Assembly (NCBI RefSeq): GCF_058153355.1
Contig: NZ_CM177019.1
Direction: 5' to 3' (one strand)
DNA: 64,000 bases
This document shows, piece by piece, positions 55,296 to 64,000 of the stretch (the first letter of the stretch is position 1; each line of letters begins with the position of its first letter). The notes beneath the pieces are model-generated. The model did no database searches. It was not told the DNA's origin and worked only from the letters and a program-made list of their open reading frames with translations. The translations under genes and the position numbers were made by a program.

Positions 55296-57494
55296 ATGTC
55301 AAAATTAAAAATTGCGGTTAGTGATTCTTGCCCGGACTGTTTTACCACGCAGCGAGAATGTATCTATATTAATGAAAACAGTAATATCGATGTGGCGGCA
55401 ATAGTTTTATCGATCAACGATGTTGCACGAGGAAAACTCGATGAAATCGATGCCACGGGTTATGGCATCCCGGTATTTATTGCTACTGAAGATAAAGAAC
55501 GTGTACCCGCAGAGTATTTGCCCCGTATTTCGGGTGTATTTGAGAATTGCGAATCACGACGAGAATTTTATGGTCGTCAGTTAGAAACCGCAGCCAGCCA
55601 TTATGAAACTCAACTGCGCCCGCCCTTCTTCCGCGCACTGGTCGATTATGTCAATCAGGGCAATAGCGCTTTTGACTGCCCGGGTCATCAGGGGGGTGAG
55701 TTTTTCCGTCGCCATCCGGCAGGCAATCAGTTCGTGGAATATTTTGGCGAAATGCTCTTCCGCTCCGACTTGTGTAATGCCGACGTAGCAATGGGCGATC
55801 TACTGATTCATGAAGGTGCGCCATGCATTGCACAGCAACATGCGGCTAAAGTGTTTAATGCCGATAAAACGTACTTTGTTTTAAACGGCACCTCCTCTTC
55901 CAACAAAGTGGTTTTAAACGCCCTGCTAACACCGGGTGATCTGGTGCTGTTTGACCGCAATAACCATAAGTCTAACCACCACGGGGCCTTGCTACAGGCT
56001 GGTGCAACACCGGTTTATCTGGAAACAGCACGTAACCCGTATGGTTTTATCGGTGGTATTGATGCGCACTGCTTCGAAGAAAGTTATCTGCGTGAACTGA
56101 TTAGAGAAGTTGCACCGCAACGGGCAAAAGAGGCGCGTCCGTTCCGCCTCGCTGTGATTCAGTTAGGCACCTACGACGGTACTATTTATAACGCCCGCCA
56201 GGTGGTGGATAAAATCGGTCATCTGTGTGACTACATCCTGTTTGACTCAGCATGGGTCGGCTATGAACAGTTTATTCCGATGATGGCGGACTGTTCGCCG
56301 CTGCTACTGGAGCTTAATGAGAACGATCCGGGTATTCTGGTTACGCAATCTGTACATAAGCAGCAGGCTGGTTTTTCTCAGACTTCACAAATTCATAAAA
56401 AAGACAGCCATATCAAAGGGCAACAGCGTTATGTACCGCACAAACGCATGAACAACGCCTTTATGATGCACGCCTCCACCAGCCCGTTCTATCCGCTGTT
56501 TGCCGCACTGGATATTAACGCCAAAATGCATGAAGGTGTCAGCGGTCGTAATATGTGGATGGATTGTGTGGTTAACGGTATTAATGCCCGCAAATTGATC
56601 CTCGATAACTGCCAGCACATTCGTCCGTTCGTTCCTGAACTGGTGGATGGTAAACCCTGGCAATCGTATGAAACAGCGCAAATTGCGGTTGATCTGCGCT
56701 TCTTTAAATTTGTACCCGGTGAGCACTGGCATTCTTTTGAAGGTTACGCAGAGAATCAATACTTTGTCGATCCGTGCAAACTGTTGCTGACAACCCCAGG
56801 TATTGATGCACGTAACGGCGAATACGAAGCGTTCGGTGTACCCGCGACGATTCTTGCTAACTTCCTGCGCGAAAATGGCGTAGTGCCGGAAAAATGCGAT
56901 CTTAACTCCATCCTCTTCCTGCTGACTCCGGCAGAAGATATGGCCAAACTGCAGCAACTTGTTGCCCTGCTGGTACGCTTCGAAAAACTACTGGAAGCTG
57001 ATGCGCCTCTGGCGGAAGTATTGCCTTCCATCTACAAACAGCATGAAGAGCGCTACGCCGGTTATACCCTGCGTCAGTTGTGCCAGGAAATGCATGATTT
57101 GTATGCCCGTCACAACGTGAAACAACTGCAAAAAGAGATGTTCCGTAAGGAACACTTCCCACGCGTCAGCATGAATCCACAGGAAGCCAACTATGCCTAC
57201 TTACGCGGTGAAGTGGAATTGGTTCGTCTGCCGGATGCAGAAGGCCGTATCGCAGCCGAAGGTGCGCTTCCTTATCCTCCGGGTGTGCTGTGTGTTGTTC
57301 CGGGTGAAATCTGGGGTGGTGCTGTTCTGCGTTACTTCAGCGCTCTGGAAGAAGGGATCAATCTGCTGCCAGGTTTTGCACCGGAGCTGCAGGGTGTCTA
57401 TATCGAAGAACATGATGGTCGTAAGCAAGTTTGGTGCTATGTCATCAAGCCTCGTGATGCGCAAAGCACCCTGTTGAAAGGGGAAAAATTATGA
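55296..57494 (+). CDS. speF: Inducible ornithine decarboxylase
   Basis: 732-aa ORF with PLP-dependent decarboxylase sequence (SVHKQQAG). Confidence 0.97.
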   Translation: MSKLKIAVSDSCPDCFTTQRECIYINENSNIDVAAIVLSINDVARGKLDEIDATGYGIPVFIATEDKERVPAEYLPRISGVFENCESRREFYGRQLETAASHYETQLRPPFFRALVDYVNQGNSAFDCPGHQGGEFFRRHPAGNQFVEYFGEMLFRSDLCNADVAMGDLLIHEGAPCIAQQHAAKVFNADKTYFVLNGTSSSNKVVLNALLTPGDLVLFDRNNHKSNHHGALLQAGATPVYLETARNPYGFIGGIDAHCFEESYLRELIREVAPQRAKEARPFRLAVIQLGTYDGTIYNARQVVDKIGHLCDYILFDSAWVGYEQFIPMMADCSPLLLELNENDPGILVTQSVHKQQAGFSQTSQIHKKDSHIKGQQRYVPHKRMNNAFMMHASTSPFYPLFAALDINAKMHEGVSGRNMWMDCVVNGINARKLILDNCQHIRPFVPELVDGKPWQSYETAQIAVDLRFFKFVPGEHWHSFEGYAENQYFVDPCKLLLTTPGIDARNGEYEAFGVPATILANFLRENGVVPEKCDLNSILFLLTPAEDMAKLQQLVALLVRFEKLLEADAPLAEVLPSIYKQHEERYAGYTLRQLCQEMHDLYARHNVKQLQKEMFRKEHFPRVSMNPQEANYAYLRGEVELVRLPDAEGRIAAEGALPYPPGVLCVVPGEIWGGAVLRYFSALEEGINLLPGFAPELQGVYIEEHDGRKQVWCYVIKPRDAQSTLLKGEKL

Positions 57495-58810
57495 GTCAGG
57501 CTAAATCGAACAAAATGGGCGTCGTTCAGTTAACCATACTGACGATGGTCAACATGATGGGCTCCGGCATCATCATGCTGCCGACAAAGCTTGCCGAAGT
57601 TGGGACAATCTCAATAATCTCCTGGTTGGTGACAGCCGTAGGCTCAATGGCGCTGGCATGGGCATTCGCAAAATGCGGTATGTTCAGCCGTAAATCAGGC
57701 GGTATGGGCGGTTATGCCGAGTATGCTTTCGGTAAATCCGGTAACTTTATGGCGAACTATACCTACGGCGTCTCGCTGCTGATTGCTAACGTGGCGATTG
57801 CTATTTCGGCAGTTGGTTACGGCACCGAACTGCTCGGCGCGAGTTTGTCACCAGTGCAGATTGGTCTGGCAACCATCGGAGTGCTGTGGATTTGTACCGT
57901 GGCTAACTTTGGTGGTGCGCGCATTACCGGGCAAATCAGTAGCATTACCGTGTGGGGGGGCATTATTCCGGTGGTAGGCTTGTGCGTTATCGGCTGGTTC
58001 TGGTTTAGCCCGACACTTTACGTTGATTCCTGGAATCCGCATCATGCACCGTTCTTCAGTGCGGTAGGTTCTTCCATCGCCATGACGCTGTGGGCTTTTC
58101 TTGGTCTGGAGTCTGCGTGTGCGAATACTGATGTAGTGGAAAACCCGGAACGTAATGTGCCAATCGCGGTACTCGGCGGTACGTTAGGTGCGGCGGTGAT
58201 TTATATCGTCTCCACCAACGTGATTGCCGGGATTGTGCCCAATATGGAGCTGGCAAATTCAACGGCACCATTTGGTCTGGCCTTCGCGCAAATGTTCACA
58301 CCGGAAGTGGGTAAAGTCATTATGGCGCTGATGGTGATGTCCTGCTGCGGTTCGCTACTTGGCTGGCAGTTCACCATTGCCCAGGTGTTTAAATCTTCAT
58401 CTGATGAAGGCTACTTCCCTAAAATTTTCTCCCGTGTAACCAAAGTGGATGCACCGGTTCAGGGGATGTTGACCATTGTGATTATTCAGAGTGGATTGGC
58501 ACTGATGACCATTAGCCCGTCACTGAACAGCCAGTTCAACGTGCTGGTTAACCTGGCCGTGGTGACCAATATCATCCCATATATTCTGTCGATGGCGGCA
58601 TTAGTCATTATTCAGAAGGTCGCCAATGTGCCACCATCAAAAGCGAAAGTAGCAAACTTTGTTGCCTTTGTTGGTGCGATGTACAGTTTCTATGCGCTGT
58701 ACTCATCCGGGGAAGAAGCCATGCTGTACGGTTCCATCGTGACTTTCCTTGGTTGGACACTGTATGGTCTGGTATCACCACGCTTTGAACTGAAAAACAA
58801 ACACGGTTAA
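57491..58810 (+). CDS. potE: Putrescine:ornithine antiporter
   Basis: 439-aa APC-family transporter; start overlaps the speF stop. Confidence 0.97.
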   Translation: MSQAKSNKMGVVQLTILTMVNMMGSGIIMLPTKLAEVGTISIISWLVTAVGSMALAWAFAKCGMFSRKSGGMGGYAEYAFGKSGNFMANYTYGVSLLIANVAIAISAVGYGTELLGASLSPVQIGLATIGVLWICTVANFGGARITGQISSITVWGGIIPVVGLCVIGWFWFSPTLYVDSWNPHHAPFFSAVGSSIAMTLWAFLGLESACANTDVVENPERNVPIAVLGGTLGAAVIYIVSTNVIAGIVPNMELANSTAPFGLAFAQMFTPEVGKVIMALMVMSCCGSLLGWQFTIAQVFKSSSDEGYFPKIFSRVTKVDAPVQGMLTIVIIQSGLALMTISPSLNSQFNVLVNLAVVTNIIPYILSMAALVIIQKVANVPPSKAKVANFVAFVGAMYSFYALYSSGEEAMLYGSIVTFLGWTLYGLVSPRFELKNKHG

Positions 58811-58825
58811 TAAAGCGAAATAAAA

Positions 58826-58860
58826 AAGGGCGATTGAATGATCGCCCTTTCTGTTTGTTG
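58826..58860 (+). terminator. potE intrinsic terminator
   Basis: Hairpin aagggcgat-tgaatg-atcgccctt followed by a T-rich tract. Confidence 0.75.
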
Positions 58861-58880
58861 ACAAAGAGTTCGTTATTTAT

Positions 58881-59024
58881 GCCGCATCCGGCAGGTGTAG
58901 GGTCCAAACGCGGTCGAACACAGCAACTATTTGCGTAATTATATGAGGCATTTGCGACAAAAACTGGAACAGGATCTCGTCCGCCCCGCCATTTCATTAC
59001 TGAAACCGGTATTGGGTATCGGTT
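58881..59024. repeat. Degenerate non-coding duplicate of the kdpE 3' end (direct repeat of 54557..54700)
   Basis: Manual alignment gives roughly 90% identity over ~144 nt (about 14 substitutions and one 1-nt indel), including the kdpE stop codon context ...ggtattgggtatcggtttatgctttga. Confidence 0.85.
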
Positions 59025-59157
59025 TATGCTTTGAAAAAAGTGGCAATGTATGGATAAAGTCATTTTTTATTCAAATATAAGGAACTTAATATTTAAAAAA
59101 TGTCCCATACAATGCCTCATCATAAATGACACCGTAGCACACAAGGAGCAAGTAGCG

Positions 59158-59808
59158 ATGCGTGAAGTGAGTCAGTTAGTAAATACTGAAGATTCAGCCT
59201 GGCCAATAATCCAGAATTGGTTAAAAGAAGCCACAAACCATGCCGAACTCTTACCGGTTAATAAAGATTTAGCCGAAACCGCGCTTTATCAATTACAGGT
59301 TACAACAAAATCACCGATGGGTGCGCTTGTCTATGGCTCCGGAGGTCTGCTGATTGATAACGGTTGGTTACGCATAGCAGGCTCTGGTCACCCCCGGTTA
59401 CCACGAGATCCAGCAAGTTGGACACAACGCCCTGAATTCGCAAGCGTGCGGGCTTTACCCATCGCCGATGATGTCGCAGGGGGAATTTTTGCTCTTAATG
59501 GTGGCGATCTTGGGGAAGATACTGGCTGCGTTTATTATTTTGCGCCAGATACGCTGAATTGGGAAAGTCTGGAGGTTGGATATTCTGAGTTTCTTCAGTG
59601 GGCATTATCCGGTGATTTAGATACCTTCTATGAAAATGTACGCTGGCCGCAATGGCAAGAAGACGTAATAAAATTATCGGCAACGGAAGCCTTCACTTTC
59701 TACCCTTTCTTATGGGTACAAAGTGAAGAAGCAAGAACAAGAAAAGTTATTTCGCTTACTGAACTCTGGGAAATGCAGTATCAAATGAAAGAAACAATCA
59801 CGCAATAA
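59158..59808 (+). CDS. ybfG: DUF2625-family protein
   Basis: Start placed at MREVSQLVNTEDSAWPIIQNWLKEA, giving 216 aa. The ORF track offers a longer version from 59050. Confidence 0.7.
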   Translation: MREVSQLVNTEDSAWPIIQNWLKEATNHAELLPVNKDLAETALYQLQVTTKSPMGALVYGSGGLLIDNGWLRIAGSGHPRLPRDPASWTQRPEFASVRALPIADDVAGGIFALNGGDLGEDTGCVYYFAPDTLNWESLEVGYSEFLQWALSGDLDTFYENVRWPQWQEDVIKLSATEAFTFYPFLWVQSEEARTRKVISLTELWEMQYQMKETITQ

Positions 59809-59848
59809 GACATGTTCAGGTCCGGGTTTCATTCCCGGACTCGCTATT

Positions 59849-60343
59849 TTAATGTGTGTTTATCGCTTTCAATTCTTGCTGGCAATTTTCTGACTGACAG
59901 CGTCGCAACTCAATAATCCCGACATGCATCATCGAGCCAAAAAATCCGCTTTCGCTGACATAATCCTCATTAACTATCGGTCGAGTGCCGGGCTTACCCT
60001 GGCAAATCCCCATAAAAAATGAGGTGTAGCATTGCCATTCAGGATTTAAACCGGTCTTTTCTTGTGCTGACATATCATGAAGATAAGTAAGTTCTTTTTC
60101 GTTCCCGCCTGACAACTGCCAGCGGCGGGTATTATCAGGTAAGTTATCGCCACGGCAATTTGTCTTACACCGGGAAGGCGCAATATTTACCGCAATGCTA
60201 CCCGTTAATCCTCTGGTTTTATCTTTAGGGGTCAGTAACCAGTCACCAGCTAATGATGATTGTTCAGGTTGGGCGCATGCTGTCAGCAGTAGTGTGGCGG
60301 TAATTAATGCCACTCTGACGACCAGACTCCTTTTGGTCTTCAT
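59849..60343 (-). CDS. ybfP: Putative lipoprotein
   Basis: Start placed at MKTKRSLVVRVALITATLLLTAC (lipoprotein signal peptide with lipobox LTAC), giving 164 aa. Confidence 0.85.
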   Translation of the reverse strand: MKTKRSLVVRVALITATLLLTACAQPEQSSLAGDWLLTPKDKTRGLTGSIAVNIAPSRCKTNCRGDNLPDNTRRWQLSGGNEKELTYLHDMSAQEKTGLNPEWQCYTSFFMGICQGKPGTRPIVNEDYVSESGFFGSMMHVGIIELRRCQSENCQQELKAINTH

Positions 60344-60399
60344 TTTGAATTCCCTTGAGCTATTCAGTTTGTTGGCAAAGTACTCGTTGTTCATGCCGG

Positions 60400-60500
60400 A
60401 TGCGGCGTGAACGCCTTATCCGTCCTACAAAATAGTGCAAATTCAATATATTGCACCATCCTCGTAGGCCTGATGAACGTAGCGTATCAGGCTATCATAA
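60400..60500. repeat. REP palindromic elements
   Basis: gccggatgcggcgtgaacgccttatccg and aggcctgat...atcaggc palindromic units. Confidence 0.7.
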
Positions 60501-60502
60501 GT

Positions 60503-60535
60503 AAAAAGGGCGATCTTCCGACCGCCCTTTTTCTT
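60503..60535 (-). terminator. pgm intrinsic terminator (bidirectional hairpin)
   Basis: aaaaagggcg-atcttccgac-cgcccttttt with A/T runs on both sides. Confidence 0.8.
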
Positions 60536-60546
60536 ATTTAATGTGT

Positions 60547-62187
60547 TTACGCGTTTTTCAGAACTTCGCTAACAATCTCAACCGCTTCTTTCTCGATCTG
60601 CTTGCGATGTTCTTCACCGAGGAAGCTTTCGCAGTAGATTTTGTATGCGTCTTCCGTGCCTGACGGACGCGCGGCGAACCAGCCGTTGTCAGTCATCACT
60701 TTCAGACCGCCAATAGAAGCACCGTTGCCCGGTGCCGCCGTCAGGCGCGCGGTGATCGGGTCACCAGCCAGGGTGCTGGCGCTCACCATTTCCGGAGACA
60801 GCTTAGACAGCGCCGCTTTTTGCGCGGAAGTCGCAGCTGCCTGCAAACGGTTATAGCTCGGCGCACCAAACCGTTTTGCCAGTTCGTTGTAGTGTTCCTG
60901 CGGGTTCTTACCGGTGACCGCGGTGATTTCTGCCGCCAGCAGACACATAATGATACCGTCTTTATCGGTGGACCACGGCGTGCCGTCGAAACGCAGGAAG
61001 GAAGCCCCTGCGCTCTCTTCGCCGCCAAAGCCGAAGCTGCCGTCGAACAGACCATCAACAAACCATTTGAAGCCTACCGGGACTTCTACCAGCTTACGGC
61101 CCAAATCATTGACCACACGGTCGATCATCGCAGATGAAACCAGCGTTTTACCGACAGCAACATCTTTGCCCCACTGCGGACGATGCTGGAACAGGTAGTT
61201 GATCGCCACTGCCAGGTAATGGTTAGGATTCATCAAACCTGCCGGAGTGACGATACCGTGACGGTCATAATCCGGGTCGTTAGCAAACGCCAGATCGAAC
61301 TTATCACGCAGTGCCAGCAGACCCGCCATCGCACACTCGGAGGAGCAGTCCATACGGATCGCGCCGTCTTTATCAAGGTGCATAAAGCGGAAGGTTTGAT
61401 CGACCTGATCGTTAACGATGGTCAGGTTGAGGTTGTAATACTCGCCAATGCGCTTCCAGTATTCAATACCGGAACCGCCCAGCGGATCAACGCCCAGCGT
61501 CAGGCCCGCTTTCTGAATCGCCGCCATATCAACTATATCGGCCAGACCTTCCACAAACGGCTGCACCAGATCCTGCTCTTTCACATGACCGGATGCCATC
61601 GCTTCGTCGAGGGAGATACGCTTCACACCTTTCAGGCCATCGGCCATCAGTGCGTTGGCCCTGTCCTCCACCACTTTGGTGACGTTAGTATCAGCCGGGC
61701 CACCATTTGGTGGATTGTACTTGATACCACCATCTTCCGGCGGGTTATGGGACGGTGTAATCACGATACCGTCTGCCAGCGGGCCACCTTTTTTATTGTG
61801 AACCAGGATGGCATTGGAAACGGCAGGCGTCGGAGTGAAGCCATTGTTTTCCTGCACAATAACATCTACGCCGTTCGCTGCCAGCACTTCCAGTACGGAA
61901 ATGAACGCAGGCTCGGACAGGGCGTGAGTATCTTTACCCACATAGCAAGGGCCAGTGATGCCGTTTTTCGCACGTTCTTCAGCAATTGCCTGAGCGATCG
62001 CCAGAATATGCGGCTCGTTAAAGCTGTGGCGCGCTGCACTGCCACGGTGACCGGAAGTACCGAATTTCACCGCGTGCTCCGCATTCCCTGCTTCTGGTTT
62101 CAGTACATAGTATTGCGCCGTCAGTTGGGCGACGTTAATCAAATCACTCTGTTGTGCAGGTTGGCCTGCACGATTGTGGATTGCCAT
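60547..62187 (-). CDS. pgm: Phosphoglucomutase
   Basis: Start placed at [16 protein letters not shown], giving 546 aa; phosphoserine-loop motif TSGHRG. Confidence 0.97.
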   Translation of the reverse strand: MAIHNRAGQPAQQSDLINVAQLTAQYYVLKPEAGNAEHAVKFGTSGHRGSAARHSFNEPHILAIAQAIAEERAKNGITGPCYVGKDTHALSEPAFISVLEVLAANGVDVIVQENNGFTPTPAVSNAILVHNKKGGPLADGIVITPSHNPPEDGGIKYNPPNGGPADTNVTKVVEDRANALMADGLKGVKRISLDEAMASGHVKEQDLVQPFVEGLADIVDMAAIQKAGLTLGVDPLGGSGIEYWKRIGEYYNLNLTIVNDQVDQTFRFMHLDKDGAIRMDCSSECAMAGLLALRDKFDLAFANDPDYDRHGIVTPAGLMNPNHYLAVAINYLFQHRPQWGKDVAVGKTLVSSAMIDRVVNDLGRKLVEVPVGFKWFVDGLFDGSFGFGGEESAGASFLRFDGTPWSTDKDGIIMCLLAAEITAVTGKNPQEHYNELAKRFGAPSYNRLQAAATSAQKAALSKLSPEMVSASTLAGDPITARLTAAPGNGASIGGLKVMTDNGWFAARPSGTEDAYKIYCESFLGEEHRKQIEKEAVEIVSEVLKNA

Positions 62188-62212
62188 TGCTTTGTCCTTT
62201 GTCTGCAACGTT

Positions 62213-62758
62213 TTAGATAGTTCCGCAAACCTTCTCAATCAATTCCGCCGGGAATTGCATCGACTGCATGATGTGTTCGATCATGCTGCATTTACGGCCG
62301 GTGTTGGTGTTGGTGATCACCCAATACGGCGTGCCTGGCACATGTTTCGGCTTGGTCTGATTACCATTTTTCAGCAGCGTTTGTTCATCTGCCGCAAAGT
62401 AAACGCGTGTACGACCGTGCAACGATTCCGTGGCCTCGGCAAACGCCTGGGCGTCAAGAGAATATAGTGTAGACAACAGCAGCATGAAGCGATTGACCGC
62501 TCGCTTTTGCTCTGCGTATTCGTCTGAAAGCAAAAGTTCACGCATTGCGCGAACCTTGTCTTTAATCGTTTTGACCGGCTTCGCTTCGACGATAGCAGGT
62601 GACGCAACGCGAACCTCTTTCGTCACCGGAGCAGCAGGCTGTGATGCGGCGGAAAATTTCAACATACGCCGTAAAATGTCGGATGCGCTCTCGCCGATAT
62701 GCTTAGTGTGGCTGGCAATATAGCTGTAGAGTTCATCATCAACTTCAATCGTTTTCAT
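62213..62758 (-). CDS. seqA: Replication initiation negative regulator SeqA
   Basis: Start placed at [33 protein letters not shown], giving 181 aa. Confidence 0.97.
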
Positions 62759-62942
62759 CTTAATCCAGTGCAGTGTCTTAGCTGAATACAAGTCGCCAGG
62801 AGTATATGAATAAATCCCGGCAGCGGATAGCGTCAAGCCTGGCTTGCAGAAAAACTCGGATTAAACCTTATTTGTTGCAGCCCTGTGGCACAATGGTCAA
62901 CATAATACCCTAACCCGACAACGCGAAAAAAAGAACTTTGCC

Positions 62943-63707
62943 ATGAAATTGAATATCCGCGCGCAAACTGCACAAAACCAGCACAATAATTCTCCCATCG
63001 TTCTTGTCCATGGTCTGTTTGGCAGCCTCGACAACCTTGGCGTACTGGCTCGCGATCTGGTAAACGATCACAATATCATCCAGGTTGATATGCGTAACCA
63101 CGGTCTTTCCCCGAGAGATCCGGTGATGAGTTACCCGGCGATGGCCCAGGATCTTGTTGACACTCTGGATGCACAGCAGATCGATAAGGCAACATTTATT
63201 GGACACTCAATGGGCGGTAAAGCGGTGATGGCACTGACTGCACTGGCCCCCGATCGCATCGATAAACTGGTGGCGATTGACATCGCGCCGGTCGACTATC
63301 ACGTACGCCGTCATGATGAGATTTTCGCGGCCATCAACGCAGTCAGTGAATCAGACGCACAAACACGCCAGCAAGCAGCGGCAATAATGCGCCAGCATCT
63401 TAATGAAGAAGGGGTGATTCAGTTTCTGTTGAAATCTTTTGTTGACGGGGAGTGGCGCTTTAACGTGCCAGTATTGTGGGATCAGTATCCGCATATTGTG
63501 GGTTGGGAGAAAATCCCGGCATGGGATCACCCTGCCCTGTTTATCCCAGGCGGCAATTCTCCGTATGTTAGCGAGCAGTATCGTGATGATTTACTGACAC
63601 AATTTCCACAGGCACGAGCGCATGTGATTGCTGGCGCGGGTCACTGGGTCCATGCTGAAAAACCGGATGCGGTATTACGCGCTATCCGTCGCTATCTCAA
63701 TGATTAA
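62943..63707 (+). CDS. ybfF: Alpha/beta-hydrolase esterase
   Basis: 254-aa ORF with GHSMGG nucleophile elbow. Confidence 0.95.
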   Translation: MKLNIRAQTAQNQHNNSPIVLVHGLFGSLDNLGVLARDLVNDHNIIQVDMRNHGLSPRDPVMSYPAMAQDLVDTLDAQQIDKATFIGHSMGGKAVMALTALAPDRIDKLVAIDIAPVDYHVRRHDEIFAAINAVSESDAQTRQQAAAIMRQHLNEEGVIQFLLKSFVDGEWRFNVPVLWDQYPHIVGWEKIPAWDHPALFIPGGNSPYVSEQYRDDLLTQFPQARAHVIAGAGHWVHAEKPDAVLRAIRRYLND

Positions 63708-63846
63708 CGTAACTGATTAAAAACCCAGCGTCCGCGTCGCTTTCCGCGCGTGGGCGTTGGCGTGACTCATCGCGCTGATGTATTATGGCGCGCTATCCAT
63801 CCGGGCAGAGGCCTGGCTGATTGTTTCCCCCGAAGTCACCAAGATC

Positions 63847-64000
63847 ATGGCCAAAGAACAAACGGACCGTACGACATTAGATCTGTTCGCGCACGAGCGT
63901 CGACCGGGACGACCGAAAACTAATCCGCTTTCGCGCGATGAACAGCTGCGTATTAATAAACGCAACCAGCTAAAACGCGACAAAGTACGTGGCCTTAAGC
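63847..64000 (+). CDS. ybfE: YbfE (ribbon-helix-helix-like small protein), 3'-truncated by window edge
   Basis: ATG at 63847, translation MAKEQTDRTTLDLFAHERRPGRPKTNPLSRDEQLRINKRNQLKRDKVRGLK..., open to the end of the window. Confidence 0.75.
   Translation, partial: MAKEQTDRTTLDLFAHERRPGRPKTNPLSRDEQLRINKRNQLKRDKVRGLK

Noticed and set aside
63720-63846. LexA (SOS) box upstream of ybfE
   Set aside because: ybfE is reported as LexA-regulated, but I could not find a convincing CTGT-N8-ACAG palindrome in the available upstream sequence, so no site is annotated.
63783-63983. 66-aa minus-strand ORF near the window end
   Set aside because: It overlaps the plus-strand ybfE reading frame, which has a recognisable N-terminus and start context; the antisense frame is Arg/Ser-rich and likely spurious.

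Overview
This window is an Escherichia coli-type chromosomal segment, read in reverse relative to the usual K-12 orientation. The conserved backbone runs sucDCBA-sdhBADC, gltA, the ybgD-ybgQ-ybgP-ybgO chaperone-usher fimbrial operon, abrB, nei, pxpACB-ybgI, dtpD, phr, ybgA, then ybfA, kdpFABCDE, speFL-speF-potE, ybfG, ybfP, pgm-seqA, ybfF and the 5' end of ybfE. Gene identities rest on reading the translated ORFs against remembered protein families; no database search was possible. Two accessory segments interrupt the backbone. The first (1..12878) is a cobalamin-dependent glutamate fermentation island (methylaspartate/mesaconate pathway), followed by a LysR regulator and an orphan RtcB-family gene, inserted directly downstream of the sucD 3' UTR. 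The second (39154..46185) sits where K-12 carries rhsC: a decayed H-repeat (ISAs1-family) transposase pseudogene plus a compact vgrG-effector-immunity cassette. The 921-aa effector is the best candidate for something undescribed: it combines a T4-lysozyme-like muramidase domain, an M23-like domain with non-canonical motifs, and an EF-hand-like loop, and its toxin half plus the immunity gene are encoded by markedly AT-rich DNA. A second notable observation is a ~144-bp imperfect direct repeat of the kdpE 3' end flanking the speFL-speF-potE module.
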